Positions 27,653-37,920 of a DNA stretch of 64,000 nt are shown in pieces (the stretch's first letter is position 1; every line of letters starts with the position of its first letter). The position numbers were made by a program, and so were the translations under genes. The notes below the pieces were generated by a model. It saw only the letters and a list, made by a program, of their open reading frames with translations. It was not told the DNA's origin and did not search any database. The DNA is from Macrostomum lignano (Eukaryota): positions 1 through 64,000 of the forward strand of contig NIVC01001122.1 of the NCBI GenBank assembly GCA_002269645.1, read 5' to 3'.

Positions 27653-27695
27653 CTGCGACAGTTTTGGTGTCGGGGAAGTGTTACATCAGCAAGTT

Positions 27696-27850
27696 GAGGA
27701 TTACCGACAGAGGATTACCCGCTGAGGATTACCCGCTGAGGATTACCCGCTGACGATTACCCGCTGAGGATTACCCGCTGAGGATTACCCGCTGATGATT
27801 ACCCGCTGAGGATTACCCGCCGAGGATTACCCACAGAGGATTACCCGCTT
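27696..27850. repeat. 14-bp minisatellite (gaggattacccgct)
   Basis: About 10 tandem units just upstream (in transcript direction) of the exon 2 acceptor. Confidence 0.95.
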
Positions 27851-29217
27851 TACCCGCCCGATTGATTTGTATGTACATGCACAGTAAACTATTTTTCAGG
27901 ATATCATTTTTCATTCCTTTTATCATTTTGGTTGGGCAAAGTGAGATAGACATAGTCGAAGTGCAGCGTGGACCGAGGGCTCACTTACTTCGTACCCAAG
28001 TTAGATTTACATGTAGTCTAAAGTGAAATTATATTGAAACTGGTAAAGACGAGTTGCCATTCGGAAACTTATTGGCAAAGACCTGTAAATTTGTTTTGTC
28101 AGCAACTGCGAGTAGACGGCAGTTGTCAATGCAGTTTTATTGCACATTTTTAAGTTGACAGGCTGGCATCGGACTCTCCACATGGCTGACCTCTTCTTCT
28201 GAAGTATCAAACAGCATTGCAAATTAGCGAAACAGTTCAATGACTTAAATTTGCTCTGACTTTTAGGGTGCAGAGGTTGTAGAATATTCAAGTGGCCCAA
28301 GATGCCCCTGTGCTTGGGTCTCAGTTCGCTGAGTAAACTGGACAGTAACACAGAAGATCAGTAGAAAGGTGGACAACCTAGGGTACATCTCTTCCAGGCT
28401 ACTGGATTCACAACGTAATCAACTTTTGAACTGCCAAATTCGAAATTGGATTGCACTTATAAGTTTATCAAGTTATTTTTATGAAACGCTAGAGGAGACC
28501 AGCAACCAAGCAAAGTTCTGGTGGAAATTCAGCTGTTCCTGTCTCTTTTCGTGTAACTTTTCTTGACGACATCTGTCATGACAAAACTCCATTCAGCGCC
28601 ATGCAAAAAGCAAATCTTTGCAAAATTCCATTTAGAAAACTCAAATGTATTTTAAAAATTACTGCACCAATATGGTTATTTTCAAGCTTTCTCTATGTAA
28701 AATTGTGAGCGCAGCTGGGGCCAACGCATACTGTTTCGTTTTTAGTTCGTTTACCGGTGACAAACGCGAAGCATGTGCGCATATCTGGATCGCTAGTGCT
28801 GAGTCTCTTATCAAATTCTGCAGCGTTCACATGCCGGAATGCTCTTATGCACTAATTAAATTAATATCCGCTATCCCCAACCCTACTGATCATTTTTCTT
28901 GCCATCAGTAATAGATTACCTGCAAGGATTATACGCTGATCTCGATGGATAATAATCAAGCAAATGAAAGGCAAGTCGAAATCCAACCGATTTCGAGAGG
29001 CTTCTTCACTTCGAGAGACTGCAACGCTTTTACTTTGTCCCTAAGGAGGCGTGTTTCTTAGCATGACATGGCGTCTGAGATCTTGACTCCCTAGCGATTC
29101 GAACTGAGTCGTAGTGCTATAAGCTCGAATGCGGCTTAAAGCCCCCTTACTTAGTTTGTTTTAAGCTTTCTTCTAGACTAGGTAGAATTTTTATAAAGTT
29201 TCTATAGTTTCTAATCA

Positions 29218-29586
29218 TTATTTTTATTGTTATTAGAGGCAGGGGGGGTGTGTGCACCCTGGCGCACTTTAAGCCACATAGGCACACAACCGGCGAGAGG
29301 CATTTCTGCCCATTCCGCCGACTCCCCTGAGCAGGCATACAAGCGCGCGGATACGTACGCAGGCACACACTCACACAGGAGTGTACAGCGGCCCTAACTT
29401 TATATTATCGTTAGGCATGTACACTTCACTGCGCCTTGGGGGGTTGGCTCTAAAGACCGTTAATTGCACGAGCAGAGCCAAGCCGAGATTCCAATTCAGC
29501 CCCAAATTAATGTGACTGCACTTGGAATCGAGCCTGGGTCGCTGGCACACCAGAGCAGCTGCGCTATCGCTGGGCTACGGCCCCAC
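29218..29586 (-). mobile_element. Full-length tRNA-derived SINE (same family as 10033-10392)
   Basis: Near-identical to the 10033 copy; 9-bp TSD TTCTAATCA at 29209-29217 and 29587-29595. Confidence 0.9.
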
Positions 29587-30462
29587 TTCTAATCACGAGG
29601 CATGCAAACTCTGTGTAACTTTGGAGCTTGGCGATCATGGGCAAGAACGTTTGCCGCTGATCTGCTCCGTCGAGTAGCTATGGGTTTCTTTCGATCAAGC
29701 TTGCAAAAATAAGACTCAAGCTCACTGTTAAAGTTACGCTCTTATAGAATAAATTCAGGAATATAATGCATATCAAAGCATTCAGCTCCTTAGATGACGC
29801 TCTGTAAACATTGAAGCCCACGCTTCGAGAATCATAAGAGGAACTTTTTGACTGCCAAAAAAAACCAGATGCCTTTGAATGCAAAAGTATCTATTGGATA
29901 GTAGAACATAGTTTCTTAGCTTTTTCTGCCGACAATGAGCTGTGCTGGAAAGCCAAATCGTACGAGTATCGTTTCTTTTCTTTCTCGCAATACGCTTGTC
30001 CGTTCACTTTTTTACCTTTATTTCGTACTCGTTCCGGGATTTAGTAACCCACAAGCTTCTACGCAAAAAAAGACATAAGGATATGAAGTGTTCTTCCTTG
30101 CATTCCAACACTTTCTTGATCCTCATTCGTGTCCAATGCAGGCAAAGCACAGGCTCAGATTCATATTTTCATTTCAGAATTTATCTGTTACTGTGCTCAG
30201 TCACAAAGCGTCAAGAGGGACTTCAACGATATGCTACATGGTTCTTAAAATTTATTTGTTTGTTTGCTTGGACTTTTAATCTGGGATGTGCCTGTGGCTA
30301 CTTAGTTATTCAAATTGCTGAATAAAGGCCTGAAAAGCGATGAAAAAGCGGACGAGTCATTTGCTATCTATTCAGTTTCAGAAGTGCCTCCCATGGAAAA
30401 GCAGAGCTTCGAGGAAACCTTGGTTTTAGAGTCGCAATTTTGACAGATTTTTTATTCAACTG

Positions 30463-31177
30463 AGTAGAATGCATGAGGGGGCTTCTGGGACAAAATTTTT
30501 CACGTCCTCCATAATCCACCTAAATCCATCCATATTATCCCTGACAGAATCAGAAAAAAGGGGGGTCGCACTCGCTCCGAAAACGTCCTCCATAATCCAC
30601 CTAAATCCATCCATATTATCCCTGACAGAATCTTGAAAAAGGGGAGGGGTCGCACTTGCTTCGAAAACTTCGAACATAATCCTATTAAATCCATCCATAT
30701 TATCCCTGACAGAATCAGAGCATTATCCCTGACAGAATCAGAGCATAACAGTAGGACACCTGCTATGCTCACTGACACCGACATCCACCCATAGCATGTT
30801 CGAAACAATCAGAAAATAATCTGCATTCTTCTCCCCACATTCAATTTGCAAAGCGAAACCAGATCCCAAAGACTTTAAATCATCAGCGCAGGGTCCTTAC
30901 CCTTTGAAAAAAAATTAAATTCTCAATAAAAATGTTTCCAGTTGTCTCTCCGGGTTCTTATTACAAAGCGGACGAGCCTAATTACAAATCCAAGTACCGA
31001 TGCAAACTTGAATGCAGCGAGTACATGAGAAAATATTGGCCCGGCATGGATATCAATGTCCCTAATATTAATCAAGCTCTCCAAAGACTGGTTTCATAAG
31101 TATGGAGTAACCTACGTAAAAGATTACGACAGCTACTATAACTTTGCAGAAATCATTAAGCAATTGCGTTAAAAAAC
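30463..31177 (+). repeat. Left TIR of the Polinton (715 bp, with two extra ~82-bp internal units)
   Basis: Reverse complement of 50411-50960 except for a ~165-bp tandem expansion and a short divergent patch near 31088-31125. Confidence 0.93.
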
Positions 31178-31179
31178 CG

Positions 31180-31270
31180 AAAAACCAAAAGGCCAAAAGG
31201 CCAAAAGGCCAAAAAGGCCAAAAGGCCAAAAGGCCAAAAAGGCCAAAAGGCCAAAAAGGCCAAAAGGCCG
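31180..31270. repeat. (GGCCAAAA[A])n subterminal repeat
   Basis: Direct reading, immediately inside the left TIR. Confidence 0.9.
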
Positions 31271-31513
31271 AAATCTTTTGCATTTTGGCCTTCCCTCGAG
31301 ACGGAATTCTTCCTCGGCTGGGCTCAGTTAAAGTGAAAATCTCTCTCCCCCACGCGCGCTGCGCCCACACACATACACTCCCCTCTCCCCCGCGCACCCG
31401 ACGCCCGCGCCCACAAACTGTCAGAATGGGGTAAGAGATTTTGAGTACACATGCGCGCATTTTTTCATACCACTCTATTCTCTGCAAGCATACTTAAAAG
31501 GGAACGCATTTTC

Positions 31514-32377
31514 TCACATTCTCTCAATGATCAACGTCAATACAAACTCTTCACCGTTGAAATCAACACCCACCCCATCTTCAGTCTCAAACTGTAGCAC
31601 AATCTCGTGAATCTCCTTATTACTCAATACAACTCTTTTCACTGGATTTGGTTTCTCTACCACCATCTGTCCTCCAGCTACAGAGTTGGAGATGTTGTAC
31701 AAAATATTAGTTCGCTTTCCCTTAAATACCCAATCAAGACTGAGATTAGTTCTGATTAGAATATTCAAACCCTTTACAATGTCTGCTATATTGGGTGCTA
31801 AGAACAAACCGCGTACACTTTCCCGGGCCATGATAACGGCCCCCGTCGCTTGAGTGGCGGTCCGCTCCGCGGATTCTGCCTTATAAACTTTCTTCTCGAA
31901 TCCTAATTCCCTATACCAAGTGTCATCTTTAAACTCAACCTCCGCATTTTTGTGAACTTGCATGACCACTCTCATTACAGTGAGATCATAGGATAGTTTG
32001 ACAGGGAACAGTTTTTTATCTGGCTTACTCGCATCAGGTGTCTCAAAATGGCCTCTTTTAGTAAAAACGTTTTCTAGAAAGTAATTGTAGGTATGCACAC
32101 TTTGCGTGCTAACAGGGAATACCACAGGTTCTGCTGCTGCACCTTTCCATTTGTAATAAAACTTATTATTTGCTGCCGACACATTGGGAACGTTTGACCA
32201 ACCAGTGAAGTCGTTAAGATAGACATGATAATTAGCACCTGGATCCAGGCTAATCGCCTGCTCTAATTTTTGAATAAATATCCCGTTTGAGTCATTAATT
32301 CGCCCAGTTATTGTAATAGGAATGCTCTCCTTGGAGTGCGAAATAATATTATTTAGTCTTTCAGCAATCGCTTCCAT
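31514..32377 (-). CDS. Putative minor capsid (penton-like, single jelly-roll) protein, ~287 aa
   Basis: Size, beta-rich pattern and position next to the MCP. Motifs NVS..NNKFYY and C-terminal IHEIVLQFETEDG.GVDFNGEEFVLTL resemble Polinton minor capsid proteins (from memory; no HMM run). Confidence 0.7.
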   Translation of the reverse strand: MEAIAERLNNIISHSKESIPITITGRINDSNGIFIQKLEQAISLDPGANYHVYLNDFTGWSNVPNVSAANNKFYYKWKGAAAEPVVFPVSTQSVHTYNYFLENVFTKRGHFETPDASKPDKKLFPVKLSYDLTVMRVVMQVHKNAEVEFKDDTWYRELGFEKKVYKAESAERTATQATGAVIMARESVRGLFLAPNIADIVKGLNILIRTNLSLDWVFKGKRTNILYNISNSVAGGQMVVEKPNPVKRVVLSNKEIHEIVLQFETEDGVGVDFNGEEFVLTLIIERM

Positions 32378-32398
32378 TTTTCCACCCACAAAAAATAT

Positions 32399-33685
32399 TT
32401 AAACTTTACTGGATGAATTGTTGATCATGTTAAGCTTCACCTTCCTCTCAAATGCATAGATAATGTACAAGTCCACGGGTGTTACGTCAGTCCTCTCAAT
32501 GTTAGTCACGATATTCACAGGGCTGTTATCAGTAGGCATTTGTCTGGCAGACACATCAGCGCCAAACATTGGATATAGAGTTCCATATTGAAGAGCTGTG
32601 ATAGCAATTCCGTTGTTCTCTTTCACAGCCAAGTCGACCAACTCGCTGTAAAATTTGCTAATCTTGTTCTGACTGAAATTTCCATTTTGTGGCAGTGCAG
32701 GGTAAAGATTATCACTGATTTCATGCTGAATGGACCGCACGTCTCCATGCATGTAGCGTATAATGCTATTTGGGTTTCTCATGCTAATAATAATATACCT
32801 TGGATTGCTGCATGATCCCTCTTTGATGCAGATGTTTGTTCTAGTTTCGTTACGCTCATCTCGACACATGTAGGCCGTGTATGCAACATCAATGTCCTTC
32901 TCTATTGCCTTAAGATAATCTGCTTTTAGTGCAGTCTTTGGCTCAATGACTTCCAAATACAGCTCGATTCCGGTTAGTTTCACATCCATCCTAGTGTGGT
33001 CCGCCCCAGTCCACAACACTCTACTGCGATCATCTCTAGTCATCTTAAAGGTGTAGCTAAAGTTACTAGTCAGTCGATTAAATGTATTACAGAATCCACT
33101 CATAAATCTCAGTGGTACAAATACATCAACAGACCGATACAGCGGGTTTTTAGCAGCATCATCAGCACCTTGCAATGCATAGTTGTATCTCTTCTTCCTC
33201 TTTTTATAGCCACTGTCATTGATGTCTCCTTCTTTTTCATCTGCAATAAAACCCGCACCGCTTCCCAACTGAATAAAATCAGGATTCTCGATCAAACAAT
33301 GAGCGTCATAGACAATTCCAAAGTTGGCGATTCGCTCCAACTCAGTGCTCCCATTCGATACACTAAACTCCTTGAACATGTACGCCCAAAAGTTACTGAT
33401 CAGAGCCACATCCGCATCATGCTTGTCAACGTTAGCACGAGCCGCATCCGCACCACCTTTTGTCTTGAATTGAAATGTCATATGGAAGCCGCTCTTAAAA
33501 CTGTGCACACTAACCAAAGACGAACATCCATTGTATGTGAATGTCAGTGTTTGGCCAGGACCAAGATTAGTTTCATTCTGATTTTCCTGACTGGGAACTC
33601 TTACCTGAGTCGCTTTGATTGTGCTATCATCACTCAAAATAGGCTTGTTAATTTTGTAGAAAACTGGTGTCAGTGGGTCGTTCAT
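32399..33685 (-). CDS. Putative major capsid (double jelly-roll/hexon-like) protein, 428 aa
   Basis: Size and beta-rich pattern. NL..GQTLTF, LISNFWAYMF..FSV..G.TELE, VPLRFMSGF and PRYIII segments resemble Polinton MCPs; adjacent to the penton-like gene. Confidence 0.75.
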   Translation of the reverse strand: MNDPLTPVFYKINKPILSDDSTIKATQVRVPSQENQNETNLGPGQTLTFTYNGCSSLVSVHSFKSGFHMTFQFKTKGGADAARANVDKHDADVALISNFWAYMFKEFSVSNGSTELERIANFGIVYDAHCLIENPDFIQLGSGAGFIADEKEGDINDSGYKKRKKRYNYALQGADDAAKNPLYRSVDVFVPLRFMSGFCNTFNRLTSNFSYTFKMTRDDRSRVLWTGADHTRMDVKLTGIELYLEVIEPKTALKADYLKAIEKDIDVAYTAYMCRDERNETRTNICIKEGSCSNPRYIIISMRNPNSIIRYMHGDVRSIQHEISDNLYPALPQNGNFSQNKISKFYSELVDLAVKENNGIAITALQYGTLYPMFGADVSARQMPTDNSPVNIVTNIERTDVTPVDLYIIYAFERKVKLNMINNSSSKV

Positions 33686-33715
33686 TTTTTAACTAAAAAT
33701 AAAATAAAATAAGAA

Positions 33716-34930
33716 ATGAAGCGAAAAAGTACACAGCAGATATCTGAATTGGAGAAGCTAGCACAAGCAGAGAAACGAGTTACCGGGCTAATAAATAAGG
33801 AGCAACAATCCTACAATGAGTTTGTCCAAGCAGCCACCGAATTTCACAAACCCGGATACACAGAAGCGAAGAAAAACCTCGACACTGTGAAGGAAGCAGT
33901 TGATGATATTCAAGAGAGCCACTTGCAAAACACATTGGGTAAAATCCCATCTTCACCAGGACAACCACAGGCTCAGCAACCAGGACAACCAGTGCAGATG
34001 AAAGTGACGGATAACTTTTTTGGCCCCGTAACGGATGATGGAAAATATATATTTGGAATTAGCGCCTGGCGAAAAAATATCACCGGGGAACCGGCGGATT
34101 ACAACATTGAAGTGACGAAGGAAACTATTTCAATCAATAAAGGCGCAGAAACTAAACGAATCCCCTTCACTCAAAGTTTACTCGACTACATGACTAAAAA
34201 TCAGGAAAAAATATCCGAGAAGCAATTAAAGAATTATAGAGATCTGGTTACCTTCGCTTTAGAGAGGGACATAGACATTCTCAAGAACAACGGTGTTTTG
34301 AAAGTTTTACATGAAAACAGGATTGACTTGAACAGGTTTAGAAAATACAAATACTTTAAACAATGGTTTGGTTTGCCGGATCAAGAAGAGGTCATAAGAC
34401 AACAACCACAACAACCACAGCCACAACAGCAGCAACCACAACAGCAGCAACCAAAACAACAACTACAACAACCACAACAGCAGCAACCACAAACACAACC
34501 ACAACCACAACAACCTCCACCGCCACAGCAACAAATCACACCCGAACAAGTACTAGAAGCGCTTGAAAAAGCAGGGCCAAATGAGATTTCCCAGTACAGA
34601 AACCAGCGCCCAGATGAATGGCAACAATTAGAGCGGCTCTCCCCAGAACGAATGAAGCGAATCAATGACAGAGTATTCACACCTCAACAAAGACAAGCGC
34701 CACATGACAGTTCCTCCTCTGACCAATCATTCGAATCACCTCCAAGCTCTTCCGGAAAAGGCATGCCTGAATTCTACAAGCGGTTAGCTGTTCTTCTAGG
34801 AGCGGCAAAGACCGGAATGAAAGACGAGAATAGAAAAGAATTTGTCAACATCCTGGACAAAATGCTTGAGAGAAAATATATCGATAAAAGAGCAAGAGAA
34901 CTTTTGCTTTCACGGTTTAACAAAAAATAA
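33716..34930 (+). CDS. Polinton protein of unknown function with a Q/P-rich tract (404 aa)
   Basis: Long ATG ORF. C-terminal KRLAVLLGAAKTG..E...ILDKMLERKYI resembles a C-terminal motif seen in Maverick proteins (recollection only). Confidence 0.7.
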   Translation: MKRKSTQQISELEKLAQAEKRVTGLINKEQQSYNEFVQAATEFHKPGYTEAKKNLDTVKEAVDDIQESHLQNTLGKIPSSPGQPQAQQPGQPVQMKVTDNFFGPVTDDGKYIFGISAWRKNITGEPADYNIEVTKETISINKGAETKRIPFTQSLLDYMTKNQEKISEKQLKNYRDLVTFALERDIDILKNNGVLKVLHENRIDLNRFRKYKYFKQWFGLPDQEEVIRQQPQQPQPQQQQPQQQQPKQQLQQPQQQQPQTQPQPQQPPPPQQQITPEQVLEALEKAGPNEISQYRNQRPDEWQQLERLSPERMKRINDRVFTPQQRQAPHDSSSSDQSFESPPSSSGKGMPEFYKRLAVLLGAAKTGMKDENRKEFVNILDKMLERKYIDKRARELLLSRFNKK

Positions 34931-34946
34931 ATTTCTATTTAAAAAG

Positions 34947-35336
34947 ATGCCAATTATTTTCGAAAAAGACATTGACAAATACTATGACAAAGAGGAACTT
35001 AATCTCATTAAACGCGGATCTGGACTTTTCCCTGCAGGCCACTATCCAAGAAAAGAACGCTCTGGGAATGGCCTTGCTGATTTGATCGCTCAGGGGGCTA
35101 AGATTTTTAAGGTCATTGGAGAGAACAAAGAGAACATCAAGAACGTTGCCGAAGCGGCTGGCAGTGTAGCCACAGCAGCCAAAAAGATAAAGGATACTGT
35201 AACACCTAAACAAGAGATTAAACCTCCACTGGCCCCGCTGGCCCCGCTGGCCCCAAATCCAGACAGTGTGGACCCTGCAGTCTATGAGAAGATGAGAGCT
35301 AGCATTAAAAAAGGAAGTGGTTTCAAATTTGACTAA
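34947..35336 (+). CDS. Small Polinton protein (129 aa) with GxG motifs and an amphipathic helix
   Basis: ATG in AAAAGATG context; KRGSGL, RSGNGLADLIAQGAKIFKVIG, KKGSGF. Confidence 0.65.
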   Translation: MPIIFEKDIDKYYDKEELNLIKRGSGLFPAGHYPRKERSGNGLADLIAQGAKIFKVIGENKENIKNVAEAAGSVATAAKKIKDTVTPKQEIKPPLAPLAPLAPNPDSVDPAVYEKMRASIKKGSGFKFD

Positions 35337-35342
35337 AGGTAC

Positions 35343-35638
35343 TGTTAGTCTAGGAAAACTGAGTCAAGTCATGTTTGCAAGCGAAGGAGAATACCATTGA
35401 AAGATCTCTACCGAAGTGACGAAAGTATTTATTTGACTACATAACACGAAACCACGTACATTAGTAGACAAACGCCATCCGATTGGCTGGGGGTTAAAAC
35501 CATGCACACTGGCAAGCACAAATGTACACAGGTAGGGGTAAAACGATAGCGCGCAAGAATGATCAGTCACGGGAGGGAGAGAGAGAGAGAGAGAGAGACA
35601 AGTGAAACAACATGAAAAACCAAAGTACAACCCCAACA
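35343..35638 (-). repeat. 3' LTR (296 bp)
   Basis: No difference from 39616-39911 found by eye; purine tract GGGGGGAGCAG immediately precedes it on the minus strand. Confidence 0.95.
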
Positions 35639-35691
35639 CTGCTCCCCCCAAAAGCAGCAAAACAAAAAACAAAAGAAACCAAGACCTGTCC

Positions 35692-37920
35692 TTAGACCTT
35701 ATAACAAACAGGTTTACGAGGCCGCAAATCATACGAGCTGTGGGGCTGGAGAGTCTTATCTCCAGAACTCAGCGGGGAGTCACAGTCAGTCGCCTCAGGT
35801 TCACGCAGCTCCGAGTCAGAGCCAGCCTTGGCACCCTGAATCGATAGCCCAGCCTGATCCTCGGATCCAGCCGCCTCGGTCAGCCGCCGATCGGCCTCCG
35901 CCTCCGGGCGGCAGCTCCATTGGTTTGCGTGCGCCATCCGCAGTCCACCGTCTGGTAGGTCAGCTGAGGTCACCAGAGCTGTGTTCCGGCCGTGCTGCAC
36001 GATGAACTTGGCCGGAACCGGAGCCGTGCCAGGCCGAGCCCTCAGCCAGATGGAGTCACCCACCTGCTCGGTCATCGTCAGCGGATGGCGCAGCCGGCGT
36101 CCCCACATGAGAATGTCCGGCGAGCTGGAACGATTCCCGCTAGGCCTGCTGGTGCGAATGGTTAGGAGCAATTTCTGCAGGAACTGGTCAAATGGGACCA
36201 CTTTCGTCCACGTCTTCAGCCCGCCTTTGAGACTCCTCACCAACCGCTCAGCCTGCCCGTTCGATGCCGGATGGTACGGTGGGGTGTGCATCTCCTGGCA
36301 GCCGACACTGTTCAGCCACTGCGAGACTCTTTCCGACCTGAACTCAGGCGCATTATCCGACACTAGCGTCCGTGGCACTCCATTTCTGGCGAACACCGCT
36401 CTCAGCACTCTCAGCACACTGCCCGCAGACCTGTCTGGGACCTGGACAGCTTCTGGCCAACCCGAGTATGCATCAGACAGCAACAGTAGCAAGCCCACTC
36501 CTGGCACCTCACAGTGGTCCATGTGGACCCGGGACCACGGCTCGCTCTCGGATGGCCAGATGTCAATTTTCCGCTGAACCACCGGCCGTCTTTCAGCGCA
36601 CAGCTGACACCGCTCAACAAACTGACGGACATCGCGATCCAGTCCAGGCCACCAGAACTCCTTAGACACATGGGCCTTCGTATTTTCCGCGCTCGGGTGC
36701 ACCTCATCATGCGCGGTCTCCAAAATGCGCCGCCGGAGAATGGTCGGAGGCACCACCCTGGTACCGTGGATGACCAGCCCGTTCTCCACAGACAACGCTT
36801 CCCGACACGCTTTGTACGGCCGCTCCAGCTGAGAGACCTGACCCCACCGGCCTGTCCTGATTCTCTGCTGGAGTCTTTGAAGCAGTGAACACCGGGAAGT
36901 ACTTTCTCTCAGCTCCTCCACGGTAACCAAGCCTCCGTCAGTGATCAACTCAGTCTGGTGAACCGACTCCGTCTCAGGATCGAGGTTTTCAAAGCTCAGC
37001 CTTGATAGAGCGTCAGCATCCTGCATCTTCTTTCCCGGCACATATTCAATCTCGTAATCATAAGCCGATAGCCGCAGAGCCCACCGGGTTAGTCTGGCAG
37101 AAACAGTCTTTGGAAGATTCTTGCAAGGATTCAGAATAAACTTCAAAGGCTCGTGATCGGTCTGCAGAATGAATTTCTTCCCTAGCAACATTTTCCGAGC
37201 TCGTTCAACCGCCCAAACAATAGCCAGCGCTTCTCTCTCGATGTTTGAATAGTTGGTTTCTGCCTGTGTGAGCGCCCTGGACATGAACATGACGGGATGT
37301 CCAGATTGGACCAGCACCGCGCCCAAGGACTTCTCGCTCGCATCAACTCGAAGACAGACAGGCGCGGAAACATCAAACGGCTTGATGCACGGGTTTGAGG
37401 CCAGACTCCTTTTGACCTCCGAAAATGCCGCCTCAGCCACCGCGTTCCATTCAAAGACCCGGTCACCGCGGCGAAGCTCCTGAAGAGGCCGACATTTCTC
37501 AGAAAAGTTTGGAACCAGCCGTCCATAAAATTGAGCCAGTCCTAGAAATCTCTCCAAATCTTTCTTGGTCTTCGGCACCTCGACATCCATCACACGTTTC
37601 ACCATGCCCGGATCGGGTTTTATTCCTTCATCATCAATAATGTGACCAAGAAACTTCAGGCTGTTGGCTTCCATCACGCACTTCGCCTCGTTGATCTTGA
37701 CATTTGCGGCCTTTAACTTGTTGAACACCTGCTCCCTAATTTTCTGCAACTCTGCCCGGCTTGCAGCACCGATCAGCACATCGTCCTGATATACTATGAC
37801 ACATGGATGGTCTCCCAGGAGCTTTTCCATCACACGTTGAAAAACAGATGGCGACACCTTAATGCCATACGGCAACCGGTTAAACCTGTAGCAACCAAAC
37901 GGAGTGTTTATGGTGGTCAC
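35692..37920 (-). CDS. pol: Gypsy pol: RT, RNase H, integrase
   Basis: RLPYG, YQDD, VDASEKSLGAVL, NYSNIEREALA, TDHEPL, ADALSR, HHCC zinc finger, D..SDNAPEF..SNGQAER. Joined to the upstream ORF by a single -1 frameshift near 37963. Confidence 0.95.
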   Translation of the reverse strand: MTTINTPFGCYRFNRLPYGIKVSPSVFQRVMEKLLGDHPCVIVYQDDVLIGAASRAELQKIREQVFNKLKAANVKINEAKCVMEANSLKFLGHIIDDEGIKPDPGMVKRVMDVEVPKTKKDLERFLGLAQFYGRLVPNFSEKCRPLQELRRGDRVFEWNAVAEAAFSEVKRSLASNPCIKPFDVSAPVCLRVDASEKSLGAVLVQSGHPVMFMSRALTQAETNYSNIEREALAIVWAVERARKMLLGKKFILQTDHEPLKFILNPCKNLPKTVSARLTRWALRLSAYDYEIEYVPGKKMQDADALSRLSFENLDPETESVHQTELITDGGLVTVEELRESTSRCSLLQRLQQRIRTGRWGQVSQLERPYKACREALSVENGLVIHGTRVVPPTILRRRILETAHDEVHPSAENTKAHVSKEFWWPGLDRDVRQFVERCQLCAERRPVVQRKIDIWPSESEPWSRVHMDHCEVPGVGLLLLLSDAYSGWPEAVQVPDRSAGSVLRVLRAVFARNGVPRTLVSDNAPEFRSERVSQWLNSVGCQEMHTPPYHPASNGQAERLVRSLKGGLKTWTKVVPFDQFLQKLLLTIRTSRPSGNRSSSPDILMWGRRLRHPLTMTEQVGDSIWLRARPGTAPVPAKFIVQHGRNTALVTSADLPDGGLRMAHANQWSCRPEAEADRRLTEAAGSEDQAGLSIQGAKAGSDSELREPEATDCDSPLSSGDKTLQPHSSYDLRPRKPVCYKV

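Noticed and set aside
32996-33712. 238-aa plus-strand ORF
   Set aside because: Antisense shadow of the major capsid gene; no motifs.
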